A DNA stretch of 64,000 nucleotides from an uncultured Nitrososphaerota archaeon (lineage in GTDB: Archaea > Thermoproteota > Nitrososphaeria > Nitrososphaerales > CADDZS01). The notes under the pieces are model-generated. The model searched no databases. It was not told the DNA's origin and saw nothing but the letters and a program-made list of their open reading frames with translations. Position numbers and translations under genes: made by a program. Shown one piece after another: positions 53,562-64,000 of the stretch; positions within the stretch are counted from its first letter, which is position 1; every line of letters starts with the position of its first letter. The stretch lies in the NCBI GenBank assembly GCA_963799845.1, contig CAWCYI010000007.1, positions 1 to 64,000 of the forward strand, in the 5' to 3' direction.

Positions 53562-53984
53562 TCAGCTCTTATTTTCCCACGAGTTTGAACTCGGCTGTTG
53601 AAGTAGAGAAAAGGGGTTTCCATCGAGATCTCTAAAGGTTGCGAGGACACCCCACGGATACTGCGCAGGTTGCTCTTCGTTGAATTTAACTCCGCGTGAC
53701 TTCATCTCTTCAAAGTCCTTGCGACAGTCGCTGGTTCGAAAAGCCCATTGGGGACTCTTTCCAGGTTGCAACTGATTTAAGGGATCCTTTGGATCGCTCG
53801 GAGAGTCGGCTTGAAACAGACTGATCTCGATGTCCTGTCCCTTTGGCGCAACGGTCACCCATCTCTGACCTCCAGGAGGAGTGAAGTCTGTTCTCTTTTC
53901 GAGGCCTAATGCGCGGGTGTAGAAGTCTACTGCTTTTTCCTGATCTCTCACTACAATGACTACGTTTAGGAGTTTTTCTATCAT
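53562..53984 (-). CDS. VOC/glyoxalase family protein
   Basis: VRDQEKAVDFYTRALG, RWVTV, PWGVLATFRDLDGN. Confidence 0.92.
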   Translation of the reverse strand: MIEKLLNVVIVVRDQEKAVDFYTRALGLEKRTDFTPPGGQRWVTVAPKGQDIEISLFQADSPSDPKDPLNQLQPGKSPQWAFRTSDCRKDFEEMKSRGVKFNEEQPAQYPWGVLATFRDLDGNPFSLLQQPSSNSWENKS

Positions 53985-54369
53985 GAATAGTAGGTATAAC
54001 GTGTCGCCTATATAAGAATATACTAATATTATGCAAAGCTCGATTTGTTCGCGAAAGCTAAATCTTGCCGACAAAGTGAGCAGTTGAACTTAGCATTCGA
54101 TGCTCTGATTGAGTAGCGAATAGCCGAAACGAGCTGTTGGGAACGTGCGGATGTGGAGCTTCCCTAGGGGGCCCCCTTTATAACAGCTTGAAATGAGCTT
54201 TCTCCTTAGAAACGTCCCTCTCAGCGAAAAACAGATTTTTTTGAAGAATCAATGAGAACTTCAAATTAAAAATTATCAAGAACAAATCCTCCTTCGGGGG
54301 CGCAAGGTTATGGATAAAACGATAACTGAGACTTTTATCTCTAAGATGACATCCTAGGAGGATCAGGGA

Positions 54370-55494
54370 ATGTCGAAAACCGGGGAATTTAATCCCATGA
54401 TTTTCCATGTAGATATGGATTCTTTCTACGCTTCCTGTGAGCTCAGCCGCAGACCAGGGATGGAATCCGAACCGTTTGTCGTTGGCGCAGATCCTCGTGA
54501 GGGAAAAGGCAGGGGGGTCGTGCTCGCGTGTAATTACGTGGCTAAAAGGCAGGGATTGAGGTCCGGTATGCCAATCTCAAGGGCCTGGGAACTTTCCCCA
54601 AGTGCTCACTACGTTAGACCAGATTTTGAATTCTACGGAGAAGTATCATCAAAAGTGATGCAGGTGTTAAGAAATTTTGCTGATCAAACTGAGCAGGTCA
54701 GCATCGATGAAGCCTATCTGGACGTTACGGATCGCCTTAAAGATCAGGAGGACAACTCGAACGATTCAGCTATTCGAAATTTGGCAGGGCAGATCAAGAG
54801 ATCCGTCTTCGAAAATCAAGGAATAACCTGTTCCATCGGAGTCGCAAATTCCAAAATAGTTGCAAAGATCGCGACAGACATGAACAAGCCAAATGGATTG
54901 ACTATAGTTCGGCCCAGCGATGTAATCGAGTTCCTCTCCCCGCTCCCGGTCGGAAAGATCCCTGGCGTTGGCAAAGTCACTCAGAAAATGCTTTTGGAAA
55001 AATTCCACATCGAAAAGATTGCCGATATCAGTCGCGTCCCGTTCGATGATTTGAAAGACGCCCTCGGAAGATCGGCGTTGTGGCTCTCGAACATAGCAAA
55101 CGGGGTAGATCGCAGCGAGGTCGTCGAAAGCTGGGATCCGGTTTCAATTTCCGGCGAGAAGACCTTCGAAGAGGACGAGGGTGACTACTTGACGGTGAAA
55201 GGCGTTATGAACGAAGTCGCAAAAGACGTATACTCCCGAGTTGAAAGCGAGCATTATCTCTTTAGAAATATTGGCATAAAGATCAGGTTCACCGGGTTTG
55301 AAACGCACACCAGATCTAAATCCCTCAGTTCCCATTCATCCTCCTTCGAAATTCTGGCCAGGGAGTGCGAGAAACTCCTATCAGAGTTTTATGAGTCGGA
55401 AAGGAAGGTCAGACTGATCGGCGTCAGGGTATCTAGCCTGAAGAAAAAAGAAGTAGACCAGACCACTCTGATGGATTGGGAAACAACAGGATAG
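54370..55494 (+). CDS. dinB: DNA polymerase IV (Y-family, Dpo4/DinB)
   Basis: FHVDMDSFYAS, CNYVAK..G.RSGMP, SIDEAYLD, KPNG, IPGVG, VRLIGV. Confidence 0.95.
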   Translation: MSKTGEFNPMIFHVDMDSFYASCELSRRPGMESEPFVVGADPREGKGRGVVLACNYVAKRQGLRSGMPISRAWELSPSAHYVRPDFEFYGEVSSKVMQVLRNFADQTEQVSIDEAYLDVTDRLKDQEDNSNDSAIRNLAGQIKRSVFENQGITCSIGVANSKIVAKIATDMNKPNGLTIVRPSDVIEFLSPLPVGKIPGVGKVTQKMLLEKFHIEKIADISRVPFDDLKDALGRSALWLSNIANGVDRSEVVESWDPVSISGEKTFEEDEGDYLTVKGVMNEVAKDVYSRVESEHYLFRNIGIKIRFTGFETHTRSKSLSSHSSSFEILARECEKLLSEFYESERKVRLIGVRVSSLKKKEVDQTTLMDWETTG

Positions 55495-55518
55495 TTTTCG
55501 AGATTAGTTGCAGCTCCT

Positions 55519-56171
55519 ATGGAAATTGAATCATTCCTTCTCGAAAAGTATCCTGGACTCGGAGTTCTTGAAGTGAAAATTAACGATGTTAGTGTTAGGA
55601 GATCTAACAAGGACTTGGAGCAATTCAAAAAGGACAAACAGGAAGAGATCCGCAAGCGAATACCCTCTCTCGATGTGGTCAAAGACCTCCCGGTTCTTAG
55701 AGCGTACAGAAATTTTTACTGGAAGGTAGGGATCGATCCGACAAAGACAAGAGCAGCCGGGGAGGCCTTGATCAGAAGAATCCTGGGAGGTAGAGACCTG
55801 CCGACTGTCAACACACTCGTTGATTCCTACAATATCGCATCGGCTGAGAGTTCGTTTGCAATCGCCGCGTTTGATGCCGATGTCATCGATTCAGCCAACC
55901 TCATGATGAGGACTGCAAACAAAGGTGAAACCTTCAAGGGAATCGGGATGGATGCACCAATCTCCCTCTCGGGGGTTGAAGTCGTGATAGAAGACAGATC
56001 ATCAAAAAGCTCGTCGCAGTCTACCCTTACCGCGATTCAGATGAAAGCAAAGTGACGGAAAAGTCAAAAGACGTACTTTTCATGATGTGCGGCGTCCCGC
56101 GAGTAACTCAAGATCAGCTTGCCCTTGCAAGCAGTCTAACCACCGATTATGTTACCCGTTTCTGTCTCTAG
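55519..56171 (+). CDS. B3/4 (PheRS beta editing-like) domain protein, frameshift near 56005
   Basis: RAYRNFYWKVGIDPTKTR..EALIRR, VNTLVDSYN; other frame continues VYPYRDS...CGVP. Confidence 0.85.
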
Positions 56172-56866
56172 AAGAGGCTGAGAAGTGGGTTCAGATCCTT
56201 GAATTGGAAGTCTGGGATTTCTGCCTCGGTTTCAGATGGTATTATTGAAACCTCGGAATCATGTAAAATTCTAGCTGCTTTCATTCCAAGCGTTCTCGAC
56301 GGACCGACGTCAGTATCTACTCTGTCGCCGATCATCCACGCGTCGTTCGGCTCAATCCTTGCCTTGTCCAGGGCGAGCAGGAAAATTTCTCGGTCCGGTT
56401 TCTTGAACCCGACCTCCTCCGATAGAATCATGAATTTGAAATACTTGGCAAGCTGCCACGTCGTTTCCAGATGCTTCCGTACGTTTCTGTGCTGGTTTGC
56501 AATGACCGCGAGAGAATGGCGGCCCGACAGCTCCTCCAACACACTTCGAACTTCCGGATAGGGCCTGAACATCTTATTGGGATCGTTTTCGAACACTTTC
56601 ACGAGAGAGTTTCCGACTTTTTCGTAGTATTCTTCGACCGCATGGTAGTACTCAGAATTGCCTAAGATTTCTCTTGCAATGGCCCTGATCCTCGAGGCCT
56701 CGCCTCCCGGTCTGGACAGGATGGCTCGCCTGCAGGCGGCGTCATACGTGGTCCTGGTTAGATCAAGTTTTCGAGTTTTCAGAACGGCGAACAGACCATC
56801 GTTTCTCGCGGCGTGGAAGTTGCTCTCGGATAGGAGAGTCTCCCCGATATCAAAGAAGAGCCACAA
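56168..56866 (-). CDS. HAD-family hydrolase
   Basis: FFDIGETL, KKPDREIF, MIGDRVDTDV. Confidence 0.9.
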   Translation of the reverse strand: MWLFFDIGETLLSESNFHAARNDGLFAVLKTRKLDLTRTTYDAACRRAILSRPGGEASRIRAIAREILGNSEYYHAVEEYYEKVGNSLVKVFENDPNKMFRPYPEVRSVLEELSGRHSLAVIANQHRNVRKHLETTWQLAKYFKFMILSEEVGFKKPDREIFLLALDKARIEPNDAWMIGDRVDTDVGPSRTLGMKAARILHDSEVSIIPSETEAEIPDFQFKDLNPLLSLF

Positions 56867-57021
56867 GTGTTCCTTACTTTTTTTCTCGTAGGCGCTGCCT
56901 TTTTAAGTGTAGATTGAGTATTTCTCGGAAGGAAAGAAGGATTTCGACTAATTGCGAATTTCTGATTTTTGCTCTAACGTAAGCGTTAGCTGACTGCCTT
57001 TTTCCGGAGGGAATTCTTCGT

Positions 57022-58281
57022 TTGCCGACCGGCGATACTAGTAAGAAATTTGATTCTGTTGCGATTTACAGGATAAGGAAACTGCTGTCGGATCTTTCTA
57101 ACAAAACCGGCAGGGGGACGGAGCTGGTCAGTCTGTACCTTCCTCCGAAGAAGGCGGTTCACGAAGCGATCGCCGCTTTAAGAGAGGAGAGTGGGACCGC
57201 CTCCAACATAAAATCCGATACCACACGCAGCCACGTCCAGGATGCCCTAACTAAGACCATGGCCAGGCTCAGGCTTTACAAACAGACACCCGAAAATGGG
57301 ATCGTGATTTTCTGCGGCGCCATTCCGGGCCCGGGCGGACCTGGAAACGAGACGATTGATCTTTTCGAAGTATTGCCCCAAAAGCCCGTTACCGTTTATC
57401 TCTATCGCTGCGACGACCATTTTCATTTGGACCCGCTGAGAGATATGTTGAGGGAACAAAATGTGGTTGGCATTTTGGCGATGGATGCAACCGAGGCAGG
57501 ACTGGGCATAGTCTCTGGCGACACGTGGGAGGTAGTTGACACGATGAGTTCGGGTGTTTCGGGAAAGACGAAAAAGGGCGGCCAATCCGCGAGGAGGTAT
57601 GAAAGACTCCGCGAAATGGAACTGTCGGATTATTTCAGGCGACTTGCTGATCACGCAAAAAAGGCTTTCCTGGAACAGTATCAGATAAAGGGGCTAATAG
57701 TCAGTGGGCCTGGTTCCACAAAGGACGAGTTCGTCAGGGATGCCTACCTGGATTACCGACTTCAAAATGTGATAGTCGGCACGATTGATTCCGGATACGT
57801 GGGCCGAGAGGGAGTGCGGGAAACGATTGAAAAGTCCGGAAAGCTTCTCGAAAACGTGAGAGTGGTCGAAGAGAAGAAGCTGGTTCAGCGATTTCTCAGA
57901 GAAATAAACTCTGACGCCGGCCTCGCAATTTATGGAATCAATGATGTGCTTGCTTCGCTAAAACGTTCCGCGGTGGATGTGATATTAGTAAACGATGATG
58001 TTGACGTTGTCTACGTGAAGGCAGTATGCAAGAACTGCGGAAACGTTACTGAGAAATTCGTACCGAGATCACAGATCGTAGTCGAAAAGCAGGCGATGCT
58101 CTCTTGTCCGAAGTGCGGCTCCTCTGATGTGGAAATAACCGAAAGAGATGTCGTTGACTATCTTGCTGATGCAGCAGTTGATTCGGGTGCCGACGTACAG
58201 GTCATTTCTTCGAAGACTGAAGACGGTTCTATGTTGAAGAGTTTCGGCGGAATCTCGGCAATCTTGCGTTACAGGGGTTGA
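57022..58281 (+). CDS. prf1: Archaeal peptide chain release factor aRF1
   Basis: GRGTELVSLY, ASNIKS, YRCD, GGQSARRYER, FGGISAILRY. Confidence 0.97.
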   Translation: MPTGDTSKKFDSVAIYRIRKLLSDLSNKTGRGTELVSLYLPPKKAVHEAIAALREESGTASNIKSDTTRSHVQDALTKTMARLRLYKQTPENGIVIFCGAIPGPGGPGNETIDLFEVLPQKPVTVYLYRCDDHFHLDPLRDMLREQNVVGILAMDATEAGLGIVSGDTWEVVDTMSSGVSGKTKKGGQSARRYERLREMELSDYFRRLADHAKKAFLEQYQIKGLIVSGPGSTKDEFVRDAYLDYRLQNVIVGTIDSGYVGREGVRETIEKSGKLLENVRVVEEKKLVQRFLREINSDAGLAIYGINDVLASLKRSAVDVILVNDDVDVVYVKAVCKNCGNVTEKFVPRSQIVVEKQAMLSCPKCGSSDVEITERDVVDYLADAAVDSGADVQVISSKTEDGSMLKSFGGISAILRYRG

Positions 58282-58290
58282 GTTCGGCAC

Positions 58291-60708
58291 TTGGAAAAAA
58301 CTGCTCAGGAACCGGTCAAGGCCCAGTCGTACAGACCGATACTTTTCGGAATCGACCATTTCGAGAACCCACTTGAAGGAGCCAAATCGTGGGACAAATC
58401 ACTTGAGCCAGGGATATTCAAGCGCTGGGAAACTGAGGGATTGGGAAAATTCAACGTCAATTCGTACAAACAAATTTTTGTCATTGATACTCCTCCTCCA
58501 TATCCATCGGGCCGACCGTGGCACGTGGGAGGTGCCTCGCACTATTCCCAGATAGACATGATCGCAAGGTCAGCGAGAATGCGGGGATTTGAAGTTCTTT
58601 TCCCGATAGGAATTGACAGAAATGGACTGCCTGTTGAGATTTACACCGAAAAGAAATACAAGGTCAGCATCAAGACAACCCCGAGGGAAGAGTTTCTCGA
58701 CCTCTGCAAAATCGCTCTGGACGATTTAGAGCAGGAGATGATCCAGACCTTCAAGATGATGGGGCTGTCGGGGAATTATGAGCAGAAGTACAGGACAGAT
58801 GAAGTCGGCTACAGAGCTCTGACGCAGTCGACCTTCATTTCCCAGTGGAAAGACGGCCGGATATATGAAGGTACAAGGCCGACGAATTACTGCGTCGACT
58901 GCGGGACGACCATCGCCGACGCGGAAATCATTTACAGCGAGCTCCCGACCAAACTAGTTTACTTCAGGTTCGAAGTAAAGGGTGGAGGTTCGATTCCCAT
59001 TGCCAGCACGAGACCCGAACTGCTCTGCTCGTGTCAGGCAGTAATAGTAAACCCTGAAGACGAACGTTTCAAATCGCTGGTCGGAAAAAACGCAATTATC
59101 CCGTTTTACGATAGAGAGGTTCCGATCCTTGAGCACAGTTCCGCGAAACCAGAGTTTGGAACAGGTGTCGTGATGGTCTGTTCGTACGGCGACTATAACG
59201 ACTTGCAACTCTTTCGCGAACTGGGATTGAAGGAGATAATCGCAATCGGCAGGGATGGCAGAATGCTTGAACCAGCCGGTACTGGCATCGCGGGTCTGCG
59301 GATAAAGCAGGCGAGGAATGCGATGCTGGAACGCCTCGAGAAAGACGGTATCTCAACCAAAATCGAAGAGATTCAGCACAGGACCCCGATGTGCGAGCGG
59401 AGTAAAACTCCTATTGAGATCATCCCGATGGATGAGTACTACCTCAAAGTGGTCGATGTCAAAGAACGATTAGAGCACATCGCAAGGGAAGAGCTTCGTT
59501 TTCATCCCGAAATGCACCGAACGATACTTTTAAACTGGATCGAAGTAGCACGCGACTGGCCGATCTCCAGGCGTAGGTTTTATGGCACCGAGGTCCCAGT
59601 CTGGTACTGCTCTAAATGCAAGGAACCATTTCTCCCACCCGCAGGCGCGTACTACCAGCCGTGGAGAGATCCGCCGCCCGATAATCCCAGCTGCTCAAAG
59701 TGCGGCTCGAAAGAATTTGTCGGAGACGTGAGAACCTTCGATACGTGGATGGATTCGAGCGTCAGTGCCCTCTATGTTACGAAATACAATAGGGATGAAA
59801 AATTCCACGGGAGGACCTATCCTGCATCCATAAGGCCCCAGGGAAAAGACATTATCAGAACGTGGTTGCATTACAGCATTCTCCGGTGCAGCCAGATTAC
59901 TGGAACGGTCCCATGGAAAGATGTGTGGATAACGGGTTGGGGCCTCGACGAAAAGGGCGAAAAGATGAGCAAGAGCAAGGGAAACGCCATCGATCCCCTG
60001 ATCATGCTTGATCGGTACGGAGCCGAGAACTTCCGGATGTGGATCGCATCTGAAGTCTCAGTCGGTTCTGATTACACATGTTCCGAGTCAAAGATCGCGA
60101 CTCCCGGAAAGTTTCTGACCAAGCTGTGGAACATTTCGAGGTTCATCGCAGGATTCCCCGTGCCGGAGGAAAAACCCGCGTCCGATGACATTTCTCCCAG
60201 CGATCGCTGGATACTCGCTGAGCTGTCTTCTCTGACCGAAGACTGTCTCAGAGGTTACGAAGATTACAACTTTTTCATTCCGGCAAACAGGATCCGGGAT
60301 TTCACGTGGAACATCTTCGCGGCCCACTATGTTGAGATCGCCAAAGTTAGAGCATACGGCTCTGGCTTTCCCCGGAAAGAGATAATTTCGGCAAGGTACG
60401 CTCTCCACCAGTGCCTTAAATCGATTCTGCTACTGCTCGCTCCGATCTGTCCGTTCATTACGGAGGCCCTCTGGCTCAAGATTTACTCAACTCAAAGCAT
60501 ACACTCGCAGACGTTTCCCGATCCCAAGAACTGGGACAAACAATACATGAGCTTCGAGAACCAAATCGTCGATTTCAACAGCAAAGTCTGGAACGAGAAA
60601 AAATCAAGGGGGCTCTCCCTGAAAGAGAGCATTCACGTCGAAATTCCGGCTGAACTGCAGCAGTTTGCGAGCGACCTGAAGGCAATGCACAACATCTCTA
60701 GCGGGTGA
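58291..60708 (+). CDS. valS: Valine--tRNA ligase (archaeal type)
   Basis: IDTPPPYPSG..HVGG, DWPISRRR, DTWMDSS, RPQGKDIIRTW, KMSKS. Confidence 0.95.
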   Translation: MEKTAQEPVKAQSYRPILFGIDHFENPLEGAKSWDKSLEPGIFKRWETEGLGKFNVNSYKQIFVIDTPPPYPSGRPWHVGGASHYSQIDMIARSARMRGFEVLFPIGIDRNGLPVEIYTEKKYKVSIKTTPREEFLDLCKIALDDLEQEMIQTFKMMGLSGNYEQKYRTDEVGYRALTQSTFISQWKDGRIYEGTRPTNYCVDCGTTIADAEIIYSELPTKLVYFRFEVKGGGSIPIASTRPELLCSCQAVIVNPEDERFKSLVGKNAIIPFYDREVPILEHSSAKPEFGTGVVMVCSYGDYNDLQLFRELGLKEIIAIGRDGRMLEPAGTGIAGLRIKQARNAMLERLEKDGISTKIEEIQHRTPMCERSKTPIEIIPMDEYYLKVVDVKERLEHIAREELRFHPEMHRTILLNWIEVARDWPISRRRFYGTEVPVWYCSKCKEPFLPPAGAYYQPWRDPPPDNPSCSKCGSKEFVGDVRTFDTWMDSSVSALYVTKYNRDEKFHGRTYPASIRPQGKDIIRTWLHYSILRCSQITGTVPWKDVWITGWGLDEKGEKMSKSKGNAIDPLIMLDRYGAENFRMWIASEVSVGSDYTCSESKIATPGKFLTKLWNISRFIAGFPVPEEKPASDDISPSDRWILAELSSLTEDCLRGYEDYNFFIPANRIRDFTWNIFAAHYVEIAKVRAYGSGFPRKEIISARYALHQCLKSILLLLAPICPFITEALWLKIYSTQSIHSQTFPDPKNWDKQYMSFENQIVDFNSKVWNEKKSRGLSLKESIHVEIPAELQQFASDLKAMHNISSG

Positions 60709-61348
60709 ATTTTCCGAGCCAGAAGGACCTGATGTGACTCAGGGCGCTATCCTGAGTTTCCTCAGGACCCAACGCAAGAATTAGGTTCATCTGAACTGCC
60801 TCAATTTCGAACACGCCCGCAGCTCCGAAATCCCTGTCCCTCATTTCGGGAGATCTGATTTTCTCGAGCAACTTCGAAACGTCCTTGGTGTTGAACGTTG
60901 CAAGTGTGACGTGCGGTACAAACTCGCTCGCATCAAACCTGCTGCTCTCGACATCGCCTCTCAGTTCTTCGAGAATCCGCTCGTTAATTTCCTTGAATTT
61001 TCCCTTATCCTCGATTTTGGCGTAGATTGAAGTCGGGAAAGCGTCCAGTCCGCGAATTGCTATCTCGAATGGATCGACTTCGGAGACTATTTCCTTTATC
61101 TTCATCAGTACGGCCTCATGCCTGTTCCTGTCCAGTTCATCTCCCAGGTACCCCAGCCCCTTGATCGGAACGTGAAATACGGAAGGGTTGGAATAAAGTT
61201 GTCTCGGGTCGGCAGATTTGAGCTCCTTTTGAACCAAAATCAGTGGCCTCCATAGCCGCGGCGGAATCCGATAAATCAGTCCGGCGTAAATCGTGTCTCC
61301 GGAACTTAGAATATCATTCCAATATTCTCGGATAGGCGTGACTTCCAA
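60698..61348 (-). CDS. 2H phosphoesterase (2'-5' RNA ligase family)
   Basis: FHVPIKGLG and FVPHVTLA motifs. Confidence 0.75.
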   Translation of the reverse strand: MEVTPIREYWNDILSSGDTIYAGLIYRIPPRLWRPLILVQKELKSADPRQLYSNPSVFHVPIKGLGYLGDELDRNRHEAVLMKIKEIVSEVDPFEIAIRGLDAFPTSIYAKIEDKGKFKEINERILEELRGDVESSRFDASEFVPHVTLATFNTKDVSKLLEKIRSPEMRDRDFGAAGVFEIEAVQMNLILALGPEETQDSALSHIRSFWLGKFTR

Positions 61349-61517
61349 AATCGTGACCCCGGATTTTCAAAGAGAATGTTTCACCCAAGAAATATAACCA
61401 TTGCACTTTCCAAATCCTTCTGGAGATTGAACGATGGTTTCGAATTCCTTGAAGCAACGATGCTTCGAAGATTAAATTTTGATCTTTCTAGCTTAGAAAA
61501 TAGACTACGATAGAGCT

Positions 61518-62021
61518 CTACCTTTCGAGCGCTTTTTCCCCGAGTATCTTTGTCTTCGGAAGAGTCGAGTTCGCTTTTTCTTCCTTCGTTACCATCTCGA
61601 ATTCGAGCGAGCACTCGGCGGCGAGCTTGCCCGCAGTTTGGATTGACTTTGCAAGGCTAACGATTGAAGGATATCCTATCTTCATTGTGAAGTTCTTGAA
61701 CTCCGTTCCGTTTTCGCGTGAAGAGATAGTACCACCGACAATTTTTTCGACGACCATCCTGATAGGCTCCGTAAATTTCTCGTCGAGCTTTTGTGCCTTC
61801 AGGTGAATGACAAATCCTCTCTCGGACGAAACCTCGGGGCCATACCAGTAAACGGATATGTGGGGATCATCAACCGATGTTCTTCCGGGGATGCCGGCAC
61901 TGATGTCCCAGAATGTCAGTTTCTTAATGTCGATATTAGTTTTTGAAACTTCATCCGGTGTCAGTTGATTATAGACCAGAACTTTGTAAATTTTAGGTTC
62001 TTCTCCAAACGGGGTTGACAA
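61518..62021 (-). CDS. Hypothetical protein
   Basis: 167-aa ORF divergent from the AlaX gene. Confidence 0.55.
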   Translation of the reverse strand: MSTPFGEEPKIYKVLVYNQLTPDEVSKTNIDIKKLTFWDISAGIPGRTSVDDPHISVYWYGPEVSSERGFVIHLKAQKLDEKFTEPIRMVVEKIVGGTISSRENGTEFKNFTMKIGYPSIVSLAKSIQTAGKLAAECSLEFEMVTKEEKANSTLPKTKILGEKALER

Positions 62022-62156
62022 TGATTACTTCACTTGAGCAATCTGCTTGTGCGTTTGTTATTTGAGGATTTAGCTCAAACATTTTGTTTTCCCTTTGATT
62101 TGGTAACTCATGATGGCAAAACTAAAGAAAACGAATCGGATAGACTGGTTGTACCT

Positions 62157-62888
62157 ATGACCGAAATGCTGTATCTTTATGATCACTATCTCAAGGAATT
62201 TGACGCTCGGGTAATCGAGATTCCCGATGAAAAATCAGTGGTTCTCGACAGAACGGCGCTTTATCCTCGAGGCGGTGGGCAGCCTTCAGACAAAGGAACC
62301 ATTGCGTTTCAAGGCGGGAAGAGATCTGTGGTCATCGAATCATCCAAAGATCACGAAAAAGTGACGCATCAACTATCGGAGCCGATATCTGAGGAAGATA
62401 GAAAGTCTCTGGAAAATAGTGAGGTGAAAGGGATCGTTGACTGGGAGCTCCGTTACAAGCACATGCGCCACCACACGGCGCTCCACATTCTTTCAGGAGT
62501 TGTATATCACAAATTCGTCTCGAAAATCACGGGTGGACAGATCTATCCAGAAAGAGCCAGGCTGGATTTTACGCTTGACGACCTCAGCAAAGAAAGACTC
62601 GGTATCATCGAGTCGGAAATGAATCGGATTGTTTCAGAAAACAGAGAGGTGAGGACTTTCTGGCTGACCACCGAGGAGGCGCTTCAAAGGAAGGAGCTCT
62701 ATAGATTGTCCATCGATCTCCTGCCTAAAGGATTTGAAAAATTGAGGATCGTTGACATTGTCGGGTTCGATGCCCAGCTCGACGGCGGGACTCATGTTTC
62801 AAGAACCGGAGAGATTGGACCGATAAGGATCTCTAGAACGGAGAACAAAGGCAAGGATAACAAGAGAATCGAAATCGTTCTCGGTTAG
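62157..62888 (+). CDS. Alanyl-tRNA editing protein (AlaX)
   Basis: LDRTALYPRGGGQPSDKG, RHHTALH, DGGTHV. Confidence 0.92.
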   Translation: MTEMLYLYDHYLKEFDARVIEIPDEKSVVLDRTALYPRGGGQPSDKGTIAFQGGKRSVVIESSKDHEKVTHQLSEPISEEDRKSLENSEVKGIVDWELRYKHMRHHTALHILSGVVYHKFVSKITGGQIYPERARLDFTLDDLSKERLGIIESEMNRIVSENREVRTFWLTTEEALQRKELYRLSIDLLPKGFEKLRIVDIVGFDAQLDGGTHVSRTGEIGPIRISRTENKGKDNKRIEIVLG

Positions 62889-63243
62889 GGCGCAGGTTCA
62901 CCGTAGATTCATTTGTTGCATGAAGAGCACGGCTCTAGCTCAAATTCCTCCTTGTTTGCCCGTGGATGCGAATACTTATTCTTAATCGTTCTTTAAATTC
63001 TAGTTCCCATTGATTCATTAAGAAAAAAATTTTCTGCGTTTCTACACACGTGAGCACTTTTTGGCCGAAGAGCTACGTTCGAGCTCTGTAAGCTCAGAAG
63101 AGCTCGAAACGTGCTGAACGGAGCTTAGAGAGCTCAAATCGCATTGAACGGATTACACAGATTTCATAAGATCATAGCACGAAATCTCTGGTAATTCCGC
63201 AGACCAGTCGATCGGACTTTTTTTCGAAATCGTGAATCATAAC

Positions 63244-64000
63244 TCAAGTTTGCGATCTGTTTCTTCTAACCACAAGAAGACTCGCGATCATTACTACGAC
63301 AACGACCCCGACCGCCTCAAGATAATTCAGAGAAATCGAAGTACTGCTGCTCGAACTAGTTGTTTGAGCTGGGCTGGGAGTTGAACCAATGCTGGTAGAT
63401 TGAGTCGAGGATGGTGCAGAGGTACTCGCAATGGAAGAAACGGTTGTGGACGACACTGGGGCAACCGAAGAAGTCGTCGATAGCAAGGTGGAAGTTGCGG
63501 AGCTTGAAGAACTTGTAGTCGAACTAGCCACGGCTCCTTGAGCAAATTCTAGCACACGATTATTTAGCCCATCACTAACCCAAAGGTTTCCAGAAGAATC
63601 AAATGCTATTCCATCATTCCCGTACAGACTTGATTGGGTATCGTTCGTCGGACCGCTGACTGGTGAAATACTGGTAAAGTTTGGCTGCCCTATCACTTGA
63701 GTCGCGTTTTCATCCATGGAGAAGGGCTGGGGGAATTCGAGAACTCTGCCATTAGTGTCATCAGATACCCAGAGGTTTCCCGATCGATCAAACGCCAAGG
63801 AATCCGGGAAGCCAAGGCAGCCTGCGCCACCAGAAATGCAAAAGAAACTTGAGACTGAATTGAGGTCCTTCACTCCAAGAGCCAGGTTGGCGCTCTCTCC
63901 AATTGAAAGCGGAGAATTATATCTCAAAACCCTGCCGGCATGCGGATCCCCTACCCAGAGATTTCCAGATGAATCGAATGCGACAGCAACCGGACCATTC
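63244..64000 (-). CDS. NHL-repeat surface protein (partial; runs off the window), paralog of 18586..20082
   Basis: PDSLAFDRSGNLWVSDD, GNDGIAFDSSGNLWVSDG.NNRVLEF, STSISLNYL..V. Confidence 0.9.
   Translation of the reverse strand, partial: NGPVAVAFDSSGNLWVGDPHAGRVLRYNSPLSIGESANLALGVKDLNSVSSFFCISGGAGCLGFPDSLAFDRSGNLWVSDDTNGRVLEFPQPFSMDENATQVIGQPNFTSISPVSGPTNDTQSSLYGNDGIAFDSSGNLWVSDGLNNRVLEFAQGAVASSTTSSSSSATSTLLSTTSSVAPVSSTTVSSIASTSAPSSTQSTSIGSTPSPAQTTSSSSSTSISLNYLEAVGVVVVVMIASLLVVRRNRSQT

Noticed and set aside
63066-63140. GAGCTC-rich imperfect inverted repeat between convergent genes
   Set aside because: Single local hairpin with no other copies seen; no support for a defined element

Overview
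Archaeal DNA, probably Nitrososphaerota/Thaumarchaeota-related. This is an inference from aRF1, archaeal-type ValRS, AlaX, Dpo4, Lrp/AsnC and the integrase type. About 1-52 kb is an accessory island; about 54-64 kb is core genome. A tRNA-3'-end-like site at 8796-8818 precedes a tyrosine integrase. Three matching end motifs with identical spacing (26340, 35384, 51918) divide the island into tandem att-bounded modules. Module 1 holds the integrase plus single-gene cargo interspersed with a ~55-bp TTACTAGTAA-ended hairpin repeat family. Module 2 holds an nrdG-nrdD-dNMP kinase-(nuclease-like/LRR fusion) operon, a TIM-barrel gene and an orphan Mod methylase. Module 3 holds a CLC / P-type H+-ATPase / Na+/H+ antiporter cluster and three Asp-box secreted proteins. 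An IS630 and an IS66 have clear ends and target duplications. Many single-base frameshifts may be assembly errors. All product calls come from motif recognition by eye, with no database searches.
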